From: Squalus acanthias
Taxonomy: Eukaryota
Length of the DNA: 64,000 bases
Assembly: GCA_030390025.1 (NCBI GenBank)
Contig: CM059432.1
Coordinates: 15,130,001-15,194,000, forward strand
Direction of reading: 5' to 3'
Positions within the stretch are counted from its first letter, which is position 1; each line of letters begins with the position of its first letter. The notes under the pieces are model-generated. The model ran no database searches. It had not been told where the DNA came from and was given only the letters and a program-made list of their open reading frames with translations. The position numbers were made by a program, and so were the translations under genes. Below, piece by piece: positions 39,235-51,454 of the stretch.

Positions 39235-39358
39235 AGATACTGAGCTATATTGCCAGATACTGAGCTATATTGCCAGATACTGAGCTATATTGCCAGATAC
39301 TGAGCTATATTGCCAGATACTGAGCTATATTGCCAGATACTGAGCTATATTGCCAGAT
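39235..39358. repeat. Perfect minisatellite, 20-bp unit AGATACTGAGCTATATTGCC, about 6.2 copies
   Basis: Six identical consecutive units read directly. Confidence 0.97.
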
Positions 39359-40537
39359 CAGTATTATGCTGAAGCTATATAGTGCACTGATCAGCTGCGC
39401 ATGGAGTATTGTACGCTGATGTTCTGATCACCAAGGCATAAAAGAAACAGCCAAGCCCTGGAAGGAATGCTGAGCAGGGTCACAAAGTTGATCCTTAGTG
39501 TCAGAGGAAAGGGTTTGAAAACCTCAAAACTCATCATCCTTGAAAGGAGGCCAATTACAGGGGACCTTATAGAAGGCTACAAGATACTAAGTGGACTATA
39601 AAAGATTACTCCTGAGCACTATTTCAAGTTAAACCACAACTGTCAGACAAGGGGTCCTTCGTCCACTCCAAACATGGCTGGGACAGGGAACTCCCAGGTG
39701 GTACGTTTCCTCAGCCCTAGCATGGGACCCGCTGGATGGCCAACGCACTGACTGAAAGCAGGCATGCCAGCCTGCTGCCTGGCAGAAGTGGGGTCTATCT
39801 GGAGGTTCAGGCCTGGGTGGTGGCCTGAATCGCCAAAGATTGATCATTTTCTAAAACAGTTTTTTGCCCCACTTACAAAAGGGAGCCACTGGGCAAACTC
39901 ATTAATTTTTCAGCGATGTATTTCACCACCCTTCTCCCCCACCCTCGGATCAGGCACCCTTTGCAGACATTCTCGGTCTTTCCCCTCTGGCGGGGGGCTT
40001 GAGGCGCACCCGAGTGGAATGGGCACCTTATTTACACGAGATGAACTCCCCCTGACCCGACACACTGCCAGAGGTCACAGGCGAGTGCTGCCTGGCACTT
40101 ATAAGAACATAAGAAATAGGAGCAGGAATAGGCCACTTGGCCCCTCGAGCCTGCTCCGCCATTCAATAAGATCATGGCTGATCTTGGGCTCAAAGCTACT
40201 TCCCCGCCCGCTTCCCATAACCCTTCACTCCCTTATCTTATGCCAGGATGTCAGGCCCGCTAATTTTGAAGCTCATCATGCCTGCTCAGAAAAAGGGATT
40301 CAAGTCTGACACTGAGAACAACATACCAGTATTTCTACTGTTGATTGCATCAGAGCTCAGGAAATGACAGCGATTGAGCAGTTGTAGTACTTTGAGTGAT
40401 AGCCACCTGTGATTCACAGCAACCTGCCAGCTGCTTACTAATTTGGCTTCAAAGCACCTTGAAACACTGAACTCATAGTCCAAAATTAGACCAATCGCCT
40501 TGATGCCCTGCACAAAGTTGGAGCAGTAAGAGAAAAT

Positions 40538-40935
40538 AAACTTGCATTTACGTAGAAACATCTCAATTGCTTCACATATAATGACTTGAACTTATTCTTT
40601 TAGTGCAATAACTAATGTTATGAAGAAAAACGTGGCAGCCATTTCAACCATAGCAAGGACCCAAACAGCAATGAGATGAATGACCAGTTAGTCTGATTTT
40701 GGTTGAGGGATGAATGCTGGCCAGGACACCAAGCTAGCTCCCTGCACTTCTTTGCATAGCATCCTCAGTCCTTTAACATTCACCTGAACCACCAGAACAG
40801 GTCTCGCTTTAACATCTCACCCAAAGAATGGCATCTCATTACATCAGCACTGCATTGAATGTCAGTGTAAATTAACTGCTCAAGTCCTAGAATGGGGTTT
40901 GAACTCATAACCTTCTGACTCTGAGGCAAGAGTAG
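40538..40935 (-). mobile_element. Older diverged Deu-SINE copy
   Basis: Reverse-complement head (tttgaactcataaccttctgactctgaggcaagag), central ggccaggacacc motif and tail (aacttgcattta). Confidence 0.6.
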
Positions 40936-40971
40936 CTGACAACAGTGTAAGTTATTATATTGGGTTTATGT

Positions 40972-42327
40972 AGATGTAATAGCAGAGCACTTGGAAAACA
41001 GTGACAGGATCGGACAAAGTCAACATGGATTTACAAAAGGCAAATCGTGCTTGACTAATCTACTGGAATTTTTTGAGGATGTAACTGGTAAAATGGATAA
41101 GGGAGAACCAGTGGATGTGGTGTATTTGGACTTTCAGAAGGCTTTCGATAAGGTCCCGCATAAGAGATTAGCGTGTAAAGTTAAGGCACATGGGATTGGG
41201 GGCAAGGTATTGACTTGGATAGAGAACTAGTTGGCAGACAGAAAGCAAAGAGTTGGAATAAATGGGTCTTTTTCCGAGTAGCAGGCGGTGACTAGTGGGG
41301 TACCGCAGGGATCGGTCCTAGGACCCCAGCTATTCACAATATATATTAATGATCTGGACGATGGAATTGGATGTAATATCTCCAAGTTTGCAGACGACAC
41401 AAAGCTGGGTGGGAGTGTGTGCCGTGAGGAGGATGCCGAGAAACTCCAGTATGATTTGGACAGGTTGGGTGATTGGGCAGAAGCATGGCAGATGCAATAT
41501 AATGTGGATAAATGCGAGGTTATCCACTTTGGTGTCAAAAACAGGAAGGCAGATTATTATCTGAATGGCAATAGATTGGGAGAAGGGGAAGTGCAACGAG
41601 ACCTGGGTGTCCTTGTGCACCAATCGCTGAAGGTAAGCATGCAGGTGCAGCAGGCGGTTAAGAAGGCAAATGGTATGTTGGCCTTCGTAGCGAAAGGGTT
41701 TGAATACAGGAACAAGGATGTCTTGCTGCAGTTTTACAGGGCCTTGGTGAGACCACATCTTGAGTATTGTGTGCAGTTTTGGTCGCCTTATCTGAGGAAG
41801 GATGTTCTTGCCATGGAGGGAGTGCAGCGAAGATTCACCAGGCTGATACCCGGGATGGCAGGAATGGCATATGAGGAGAGATTGGGTCGATTGGGCTTAT
41901 ACTCACTGGAGTTTAGAAGAATGAGAGGGGATCTCATTGAAACTTATAAAATTCTAACAGGACTAGACAGACTAGATGCAGGAAGGATGTTCCCGATGGC
42001 CGGGGAGTCCAGAACCAGGGGTCACAGTCTAAGGATAAGGGGTAAGCCATTTAGGACTGAGATGAGGAGGAATTTCTTCACCCAGAGAGTGGTGAACCTG
42101 TGGAATTCTCTACCACAGAAGGCAGTAGAGGCCAATTCATTAAATATATTCAAGAAGGAGTTAGATATATTTCTTAAAACTAAAGGGATCAAGGGATATG
42201 GAGAGAAGGCAGGGACAGGGTACTGAATTTGGATGATCAGCCATGATCTCATTGAATGGCGGAGCAGGCTCGAGGGGCTGATTGGTCTACTCCTTCTCCT
42301 ATCTTCTATGTTTCTATGTTTCTATGT
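40972..42327 (+). mobile_element. CR1 family-D LINE, 5'-truncated; RT C-terminal 312 aa uninterrupted
   Basis: SQHGFTKGKSCLTNLLEFF, DFQKAFDKVPH, GVPQGSVLGP, FADD; two TAG stops near 41228 and 41278; (TTTCTATG)n tail. Confidence 0.95.
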
Positions 42328-42829
42328 GCATTTCTCAAGGACACACACAATTCAGGTCATGATAAAGAGATGTTCCTCTAATTTTTCCCCAATGTTCTCC
42401 CCTTCCTTCCTGAAGGTCGTACCTCAAGCTCGTTTCCACCAGCACCAGCGGCCATCCAGCATGTCACTCAAGTGGCCATCCTTTGTGCGTGAACACAGCC
42501 AATGAAAGTCGGCAGGCTATTTGACTCCGTGAGGGGTCAGTTCAACTTTGCGCACCCAATGCATGTACACATTGCTAGCAAAGGTCTTCGGATGATGATC
42601 AGAAGGAGGAAGCCTGATTAGCCTTTCCCTTTTCTAGCTCAGGAGGCATTGGGGCCAGTTATAGAGTGCTGACTCAATTAACATCAGGGGTCATATCTCA
42701 AACCTTCTCAGGGATTTCTATGACTCAGTACCATTAGATGCGGTGCATTTATAACCACTGAGCTATTAGCTATAGTTATCATCTTTTCACAAGTTCAATA
42801 CATGGGTTCTTTCGGAACGCGTACATACT

Positions 42830-43284
42830 TATTACTGAAGCTCAACGTAAGCTCGAGGAACAGCACCTCATCTTTCGATTAGGCACTTTACAGCCTTCTG
42901 GACTCAACATTGAGCTCAACAATTTTAGATCATAATCTCTGCCTCCATTTTGTTTTCCAGACGGCAGCCGTTGATGATTCTGCTATTCCCATTGACACCT
43001 CTTCTACACCCATCTTTTGTTTCTTTTCTTGTCCCATTACTAACTCCTTTTGCCTCGCACCATCATCCCTTTTGTCATTTAATTTCTCCTGCCTTCCACC
43101 CTATCACAGACCTTCCCTTTTGTTCTTTCCTCCCCTCCCCCTTTCCCTGCCTCGACACTTGCTGTTACATCTCTAACTTTTTCCATTTCTGACGAAAGGT
43201 CATCGACCTGAAACGTTAGCTCTGTTTCTCTCTCCACAGATGCTACCTGACTTGCTGAGCATTTCCAGCATTTTCTGTTTTTAT
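42830..43284 (+). mobile_element. Penelope-like retroelement 3' end: GIY-YIG endonuclease C-terminus plus pLTR
   Basis: EAQRKLEEQHLIFRLGTLQPSGLNIELNNFR (PLE-type L.TL.P.GLN end), pyrimidine-rich UTR, then CTGACGA-aaggtc-atc-gacct-GAAACGTT. Confidence 0.8.
43185..43221 (+). ncRNA. Minimal hammerhead ribozyme motif (PLE-associated), stem I degenerate
   Basis: CUGACGA core, stem II AGGUC/GACCU, GAAAC-GUU with palindromic AACGUU; flanks attt/agct pair poorly. Confidence 0.55.
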
Positions 43285-44939
43285 ACTCGTTACTCTTTTG
43301 TTTTGCCTTAATCAGTGACCTGGAGGAGGACATCAATATTGATGTTCTTCATTTTTCAGGGAACACCATCTTCTACAGAGTGATTAACTCCTCATCTAAA
43401 AAACAAATAGCCACTGAATCACTGCAGCCAGATATAGACAGAATCAGACAGTGGGGTGACAAATTGTGTTATTTTCAATGCGAGTGGGATCAGGTCAATA
43501 CTTCTGTTGAGAAGGATTGACGGTGATGTTGTCCATCCATCTCTCTTCTGCCAAAGCAGCAAACTCTCTTCAGTTGAAACACTCGGGTACAGTGCAGTGA
43601 CACAGCGCTCTTAGACACTGATGCACTGTGGCACATAATGTTATGTCGCAGGTTGGTTCCAGTGATTACCTATATGTTGACTTTCTAATCTCAACTGAGC
43701 TGTCAGGGGTAGAGGCCAAGCAGATATCAGGCAGCTTCCACAGGGAAGAAAAGTCACTCCGGAGCCATTGTCATTCAGCTTTTCAGCTGTTTTCACAAAG
43801 GCAGTGCAGAGACCTGTCAGGAGGTCACTGCCCACCATTTTGGCTGGGGACACAGTGCATGGTCCGGGGATTCTTAAAGAGTGAAAGAATGAGCAGAAAA
43901 TACAAAATACATTACAAACCAACCCCCATCCCCACACCAACAAAATAAAACTAACTCGGTAATCACATCTTAGCTACACTGGGGTAAATGGATGTCCAGA
44001 AAAGTTGACAGAATTTGTAGGACTTCTTGACACGACTTTTTGTTTGGAACCATCAATGTGCTAAAAAAAACTGTCTCTGTACATGTATGGGTTAATGCGC
44101 AACAGCCTGCAGAGAAAGACCTTCTACTGATACCGAACAAAATCACTGAAACCACCAGAAGGCCAGATTCTATCGTTTGCAGCACTGCATTGATGTATCA
44201 GGCTACAAATCCTCTTCAAGTTTATGACTGGAACTGCAAGGCGGAATTACCAGGCCTCTTTGGTTAGGCAAAAAACACTATTGTGTGTCTATAGTTTAAG
44301 ATGGTTTGTTTAATAGCTCTCATGTCCATCTCTTTGGTATCACAGGATGAATGCAATAGGGGCAATTTTACTCTTCCTGCGATTGACAGGGAGCAATGTA
44401 GGCACAGCTCACAGGAAGTGCGCTACACCTTGGGAAGCACTGCAGCACCAAGATTTCTTGCTGGCCTTCATCACCATGGAGAGGATGAATTTTGGGTGCT
44501 ACTGGAGGCGCTCTACTGGGTGCAGCAACGAGAAGATTGGGCCTTGAAGGCAGCAGCACCATTAAAGGGATAGGTACAGTTAATAAATTTGAAGATCTTT
44601 GTTTTTTTTGCAGGAAATGGGCCAGGATATTTTATCTGGACTTGTTGAGATGATGTTTGGTAAGTTTTTTAATTAATTTATGTCTGCTGGACATGTTGGT
44701 GCTCTGAATATTAATTTAAAGGTTTTATCCTGTGAGTGAGTTTGTGCAGCTGTGCCATGACTGACATGGCAGCAGCACCTCAAGCAACAGTTCGGGAGGC
44801 CCTGCAGTCAGTCTTGGAGAGGGCCTTTAAGAGGGTGGCACCATTGTGCCATGCAGCAGATGGTGAAGTAGGGAAAACAAGTGTAGGTATGAAGAATGAT
44901 GGTGGGGAGCAGGGCTAAGGACAGGGAGAGGGCAACAGT

Positions 44940-45431
44940 GTTCAGTAGGAGGAGGTTGAGTGTGGCTTGGCAGTAACATTTCGTGATCTACTGAGATCAT
45001 TGAAAGGTTCGCGCCACTGCAGCCTGGTCATCCTGATGACATCCCTGCTTGTGTCCTCCTGTGCAATGTGCAACCAGGCTGTGTTGATCTCCTGGGGAGG
45101 TCTCTTCCGCCGACGAGAGAAATTAAGCATATGGAGGGAGTCAAGGAAGAGCCTGGGTGCAGCCGTGTACCTTTATGCAGTGCTTGTCAGTGTTTGCAGC
45201 ACCTCAATGCTGTCAAAATCAATTTAGACATGGCCCCTTTAAGGAAACCGGCTGATGACATCATCAAATGACATCATCAGACCCGCTTCCTTTTAATTGG
45301 CCGGGAACCTCGCTGGGCGGGCTTAACAAGCCCTATCAACGTAAAATCACTTCAGCAGAGCGAGATGGAGCAGGCAGCAGGCTGGGACCGCGCTACCGAC
45401 CCCGGCCGCCCCGGTAGGCGAAATCGCGGCC
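44940..45431 (-). mobile_element. Harbinger-type element end with a decayed Myb/SANT-like ORF
   Basis: TAAPRLFLDSLHML...KRPPQEINTAWLHIAQEDTSRDVIRMTRLQWREPFNDLSRS; terminal ggccgcgatttcgcc on the minus strand at 45431. Confidence 0.65.
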
Positions 45432-45436
45432 TAGGA

Positions 45437-45732
45437 GTCAAAAGTATAAGATAGACACCAACAAATCCAATATGGAATTCAGGAGAAACTTCTTTACCCA
45501 GAGAGTGGTTAGAATGTGGAACTCATTACCACAGGGAGTAGTTGAGGCGAACAGCAGAGATGCATTTCAGGGGAAGCTAGATAAGTACATGCGGGAGAAA
45601 GGAATCGAAGGATATGCTGATAGGGTTAGATGAAGTAGGGTGGGAGGAAGCTGGTGTGGAACATAAACAACGGCATGGACCGGTTAACCCGAATGGCCTG
45701 TTTCTGTGCTGTAAATTCAGTGTAATTCTATG
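45437..45732 (+). mobile_element. CR1 3' fragment
   Basis: FRRNFFTQRVVRMWNSLPQGVVEA plus 3' UTR. Confidence 0.8.
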
Positions 45733-45801
45733 TCATTTATATAGCGCCTTTCACGACCACTGGACGTCCCAAAGCACTTTACAACCAATGAAGTGCTTTT
45801 G

Positions 45802-46574
45802 AAATGTAGTGACTGTCGTAATGTGGCACAGTACTGAACACTGCCGGCAGGACTAAGTATAAAATACTAACAAAATTCTGCAACAAGTCGTAAAGCAGCA
45901 AAAAGTATTTTTTATTCAAAAGTCAAAACTAACGACGCGTATTGACAATACCAGCTTGTCCCTTCAGACTGATGGTGCCTCAGTAGCAGCTCAGGAATCA
46001 GTAGCGCCGGGTTCTTAGGGGGGGCAGTTTGCCCCTGAACTGCACTCTGCCGTTTAGAGGGAAATACACGACAGCAAGATCCCACCAAACAGCAATGAGA
46101 TACTGACCAGATCATCTGGTTTAGTGATGTTGGTGGAGGCACCATCAGTCTGAAGGGACAAGCTGGTATTGTCAATACGCGTCGTTAGTTCTGACTTCTG
46201 AATAAAAAATACTTCTGCTGCTTTACGACTTGTTGCAGGATTTTGTTAGTATTTTTACACCTAGTCATTAGGGCAGATGACCAAAAGCTTGGTCAAAGAG
46301 GTAGGTTTTAAGGAGCGTCTTAAAGAGGGAAAGAGAGGTAGAGAGGCGGACAGGTTTAGGGAGGGAATTCCAGAGCTTAGGGCCTAGGCAGCTGAAGGCT
46401 CGGCCACCAAAGGTTGAGCGATTATAATCAGGGATGCTCAAGAGGGCAGAATTAGAGGAGCGCAGATATCTCGGGGGGCGGTGGCGAGGGCGGTTGTAGG
46501 GCTGAAGGAGATTATAGAGATTATAGAGCCGGCAGTGTTCAGTACTGTGCCACATTACGACAGTCACTACATTT
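45802..46574. repeat. Local inverted duplication (45802-45981 vs 46136-46574) inside a Deu-SINE; right arm split by an L2 fragment (46268-46526)
   Basis: Arms align as reverse complements; right arm is flanked by the 10-bp direct repeat TGATGTTGGT (46125-46134 and 46574-46583). Confidence 0.9.
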
Positions 46575-47231
46575 GATGTTGGTAGAGGGATAAATATTGG
46601 CCAGGACACTCGGGGGGAAAACTCCCCTGCTCCTTCTTCGAAATAGTGCCATGGGACCTTTTAGGTCCACCTGAGAGAGCGAGCAGACGGGGCCTCAGTT
46701 TGACGTCTCATCCGTACGAGAAACGCGGTCCACGGTTACCACAAGTTTTGTGTTGCTGGCGGGGGGGTGGGGGTGTCGCAATAACTAAAAATTATTTCAC
46801 CATTTTCTAAAGTGAATCCTAAATCTTGTTAATTAAAATAATAAATCTCCAGTCTGCAGGCAGAAAATAAATGTGGTGCGGCACAAAAAAAGATATTATC
46901 TGTCACCCTTGAGTGAGCAGCGTGTTGTGACTAATGATGATGACAGATGAAAAATAACCGAAAGATGCTCATGTGGCAGCAGCTTATATAGAACACAGGA
47001 AGGGCCATGTAATTTAGATTTGAAAAGTGTTTAAGAGACAGCATTCCTCCCAATTTATCCTCGTCAGTCTGGTGTTCTAACTACAGTATATGAAGGATAA
47101 CAAGGATTTTTTTTTAATGTATTTTACGATAATAAGATTCCTTTCCCTAACCTTTTCTGTTTTATGAAGTCACCTACCATTATCTGTCAAAATTAAGGAA
47201 GGTATTCAGTAATATTATCCGTAAACACAAT

Positions 47232-47546
47232 GGGTCGTAATTTGCGTACGCACCCGTATATATGCGCTGCGCATGCGCTAAAACCCGGAACTTGCGATCC
47301 GTCAAGAATTTTCTTGACAGATCCAACGCATCCCCGGGAAAAGGGCATCTGCGGGCGGAGAGTTGGGCTTTTACCAGCGTTAAGAGTTTTAAAAAACAGA
47401 AAAATAACCGCCTGCGCCCCGGAGATGCGTGGGCCTCTGCCCGGGGGTACCCGGTGAGCCCCAGGAGCGTGAGTCTCCGTGGATCCCAAGGGCCCAGGTA
47501 TGTGGGCATTTTCCTGCGGGAAGCCGCCAACCGCAACTTATGGGCC
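47232..47546. mobile_element. Harbinger-type MITE, about 315 bp
   Basis: Imperfect TIR gggtcgtaatttgcg / cgcaacttatgggcc; flanks AAT and ATT; shares an internal motif with 52740-53479. Confidence 0.65.
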
Positions 47547-47607
47547 ATTAGTTCTGTGTGTGTGCAGCATGCTTACACACACGATACGCACACACAAACA
47601 TACTCAA

Positions 47608-48230
47608 AGAAAGACTTGCATTTATATAGCGCCTTTCACGACCACTGGACATCTCAAAGTACTTGTGGGAAATGTGACAGCCAATTTGCGTACAGCAAGG
47701 TCCCACAAACAACAATGTGATAATGACCAGATAATCTGTTTTTGTTATGTTGATTGAGGGATAAATATTGGCCAGGACACCAGGGATAACGTTAGCTTAT
47801 TTTAAAATTCTCATCCTTGTTTTTAAATCCCTCTCTGGCCTCGCCCCCCTCCCTATCTCTATAATCTCCTTCAGCCCCACAACCGCCCCCGCCCCCCCCC
47901 TCACCACCACCCCCCGAGATATCTGCGCTCCTCTAATTCTGCCCTCTTGAGCATCCCTGATTATAATCGCTCAACCTTTGGTGGCCGTGCCTTCAGCTGC
48001 CTAGGCCCTAAGCTCTGGAATTCCCTCCCTAAACCTCTCCACCTCTCTACCTCTCTTTCCCTCTTTAAGACGGTCCTTAAAACCTACCTCTTTGACCAAG
48101 CTTTTGGTCATCTGCCCTAATTTCTTATGTGGCTCGGTGTCAATTTTTTGTCTTATAATACTCCTGTGAAGCACCTTGGGACGTTTTACTACGTTAAAGG
48201 TGCTATAGAAATACAAGTTGTTGTTATTAT
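47608..48230. mobile_element. Deu-SINE 3' part (-, 47608-47790) followed by an L2 3' fragment (+, 47792-48230)
   Basis: SINE tail aaagacttgcatttatatagcgcc; L2 FKILILVFKSL...GPKLWNSLP...TYLFDQAFGHLP with a (GTT)n tail. Confidence 0.8.
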
Positions 48231-48283
48231 TAGCCAAACTCTGGTAGCATTCATTATTTGGCTAAATACCTAACATACATATA

Positions 48284-49962
48284 TAGGCATATAAATAGTA
48301 AACGAGTAGTAAGAGGAGGGGTGGGACCAAAAATGAGATCTATGCATGGAGGCAGAGGGCATGGCTGAGGTGCTAAATGAGTATTTTGCATCTGTCTTCA
48401 CCAAGGAAGAAGATGCTGCCAAAGTCATAGTGAAAGAGGAGGTAGTTGAGATACTGGATGGGATAAAAATCCTCCTTAGATACAGGGATGGTGCCAGAGG
48501 ACTGGAGAATTGCAAATGTTACACCTTGTCCAAAAAAGGGTGTAAAGATAAACCCAGCAACTACAGGCCAGTCAGTTTAACCTCGGTAGTGGGGAAGCTT
48601 TTAGAAACGATAATCCGGGACAAAATTAACAGTCACTTGGACAAGAGTGGATTAATTAAGGAAAGCCAGCATGGATTTGTTAAAGGCAAATCGTGTTTAA
48701 CCAAATTGATTGAGTTTTTTGATGAGGTAACAGAGAAGGTTGATGAGGGCAATGCGGTTGACATGGTGTACATGGACTTCCAAAAGGCGTTTGATAAAGT
48801 GCCACATAATAGGCTTGCCAGCAAAGTTGAAGCCCATGGAATAAAAGGGACAGTGGCAGCATGGATACAAAATTGACTAAGTGACAGGAAACAGAGAGTA
48901 GTGGTGAACGGTTGTTTTTTGGACTGGAGGAAGGTATACAGTGGTGTTCCCCAGGGGTCGGGACTAGGACCACTGCTTTTCTTGATATATATTAATGACT
49001 TGGACGTGGGTGTACAGGGCACAATTTCAAAATTTGCAGATGACACAAAACTTGGAAGTATAGTGAACAGTGAGGAGGATAGTGATAGACTTCAAGAGGA
49101 CAGAAAGGCTGGTGAATGGGCAGACATGTGGCAAATGAAATTTCACACAGAAAAGTGCAAAGTGATAGATTTTGGTAGGAAGAACGAGGAGAGGCAATAT
49201 AAACTAAAGGGTACAATTCTAAAGGATGTGCATGAACAGAGAGGCCTGGGGGTATATGTGCACAAATCGTTGAAGGTGGCAGGGCAGGTTGAGAAAGTGG
49301 TTCAAAAAGCATATGGGATCCTGGGCTTCATAAATAGAGGCATAGAGTAGATAAGGAAGTTATGATGAACCTTTATAAAACACTGGTCTGGCCTCAACTG
49401 GAGTATTGTGTCCAATTCTGGGCACCGCACTTTAGGAAGGATGTGAAGGCCATAGAGAGGGTGCAGAAAAGATTTACAAGAATGATTCCAGGGATGAGGG
49501 ACTTCAGTTACGTGGATAGACTAGAGAAGCTGGGGTTGTTCTCCTTAGAGCAGAGAAGGTTGAGAGGAGATTTGATAGAAGTGTTCAAAATCATGAGGGG
49601 TCTGGACAGAGTAGATAGAGAGAAACTGTTCCCATTGGTGGAAGGGTCAAGAACCAGAGGACACAGATTTAAGGTGACACATATTTAAGGATTTAAGAAG
49701 AACCAAAGGCGACATGAGGAAAAACTTTTTTACGCAGCGAATGGTTAGGATCTGGAATGCACTGCCTGAAAGGGTGGTGGAGGCAGATTCAATCATGGCT
49801 TTCAAAAGGGAATTGGATAAGTACCTGAAGGAAAAAAATTTGCAGGGCTACGGGGAAAGGGCGGGGGAGTGGGACTAGCTGAAGTGTTCTTGCAGAGAGC
49901 TGGCACGGGCTCGATGGGCCAAATGGCCTCCTTCTGTGCTGTAACCATTCTATGATTCTATG
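48284..49962 (+). mobile_element. CR1 family-A LINE, 5'-truncated with an internal deletion
   Basis: ORFs 48346-48876, 48901-49350 and 49362-49688 carry RT motifs nearly identical to 34796-36307; (ATTCTATG)n tail. Confidence 0.93.
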
Positions 49963-51454
49963 CTAGCCATTTCTGGCACCAAAGCGCTCAGTAACTGAGC
50001 TGCTGATTATACAGAAAAACTAAATGCACTAATAAGTGTTTTATAGACTCGATACTTGCACTGTTAAAAATTTCACCCACTCAAGCCAACTCATGTAGCA
50101 ATGGAGCTTTCAGTATAATTGGAGTTTTTGTTAGATCACAAGATGGATGAGAAAAGCCAGTTGGTCCATTTTAACTCATCCATCCAGAAAGACATTAAAG
50201 TCCCCCTATTGAGTGAGTTCAAAAGGCAACTAGCTATGCTTTTGGAGCGATAGGGTTGAAGGTTGTGGGTAAGTGAGGTTGCTATTTAAAAAAGGACAGT
50301 CTATCGGGCCCAATAGCACTTTCCTGCTCCTAACACGTGCTTGGTTCTAATGTGTACCAATGGACAGAGAGACTGCCGGCTTAACAGAGGAACAAGAAAA
50401 AGAAAGATATGTAATGGGGAGCGATAAGGAGAAAAGACAGAAGAGTTATATAGATCAGGAATGAGAAATGACTGGCAAGAGACAGGAAAGCAAGAAAAGA
50501 AGGCACGTTGAAGACACACTGGAGACAAGAAATAGGAAGCGAAAGATTGAGGCTCACAACAAAATGTGAACGAAAAGCACAGAAGAAAGGCAGACAAAAC
50601 GTGTTAAGGCACATATTTGGGTAAATCTATGGCGCCTCCACGCCACAGTTACCGCACCTGAAAAATCACATTCTTCCACTGCTGGTGTGCAGCCTTGCAG
50701 AATTTACTCTTGTATGCAATCATAATTTATTTTCTATTGAGCTATTGTATTAGAGCATTTATGGTACTTGGTTGTGGAGAATGTGGATGAAATGTGCGAT
50801 GTTGGCAGTTTTGTCACTATCATCATCAGACTTTTGTGACTTGGTTGAGTGCTTTGTTTATGTTCAAAAAAAGGAGAAGCTTATTCACTTTACAGCAATT
50901 GCCTGCACCTCGTTCCAGATCCCATAACTCCACGTACAATGTGAGATTATCACTTCCTTAAAAATGGCAGGATTTGTCAACAGGCACTTTTGGAGTGTCT
51001 TGATAAATTAAAAGGCTATCTTCTATCGCAGTGCATTCAATTCAGCATTGTTTTTTCTGATCCATCTCTGAATTTGGCTGATAAGTCAAGTAATTATTTC
51101 TGCTACTGGTACATGGGCATCAGTGAACCTCTGCTGCAGCAAGCCTCTCAGTTCAATGAGAAATCAATGGGACTTTTTCATCAAGATCGGTGCATAAAAG
51201 AAAGTGCACTTCTTTTTTTATCTGTCTTTCTTTTTGTACCAAACCAATGGTGTCAGCTGCAAAATTGTTTTGGTAACCAGTGATTAATTTTTACAGATAT
51301 ACCTTCGACACCATTACACATTATGTGTTTGCTGTAGATTTGTTCTATAAATTGTTCTTGGCAGCTGTGTTTGGCAGCAAATTTCATATAACTGGGAATT
51401 ATTTGCAAGCAAGTGTGTAAAAACAGTTAAGCCGAGAAATTCGATCACATTGAG

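Noticed and set aside
39235..39358. CRISPR-like array
   Set aside because: Units are contiguous with no spacers, in a vertebrate context; it is a minisatellite.
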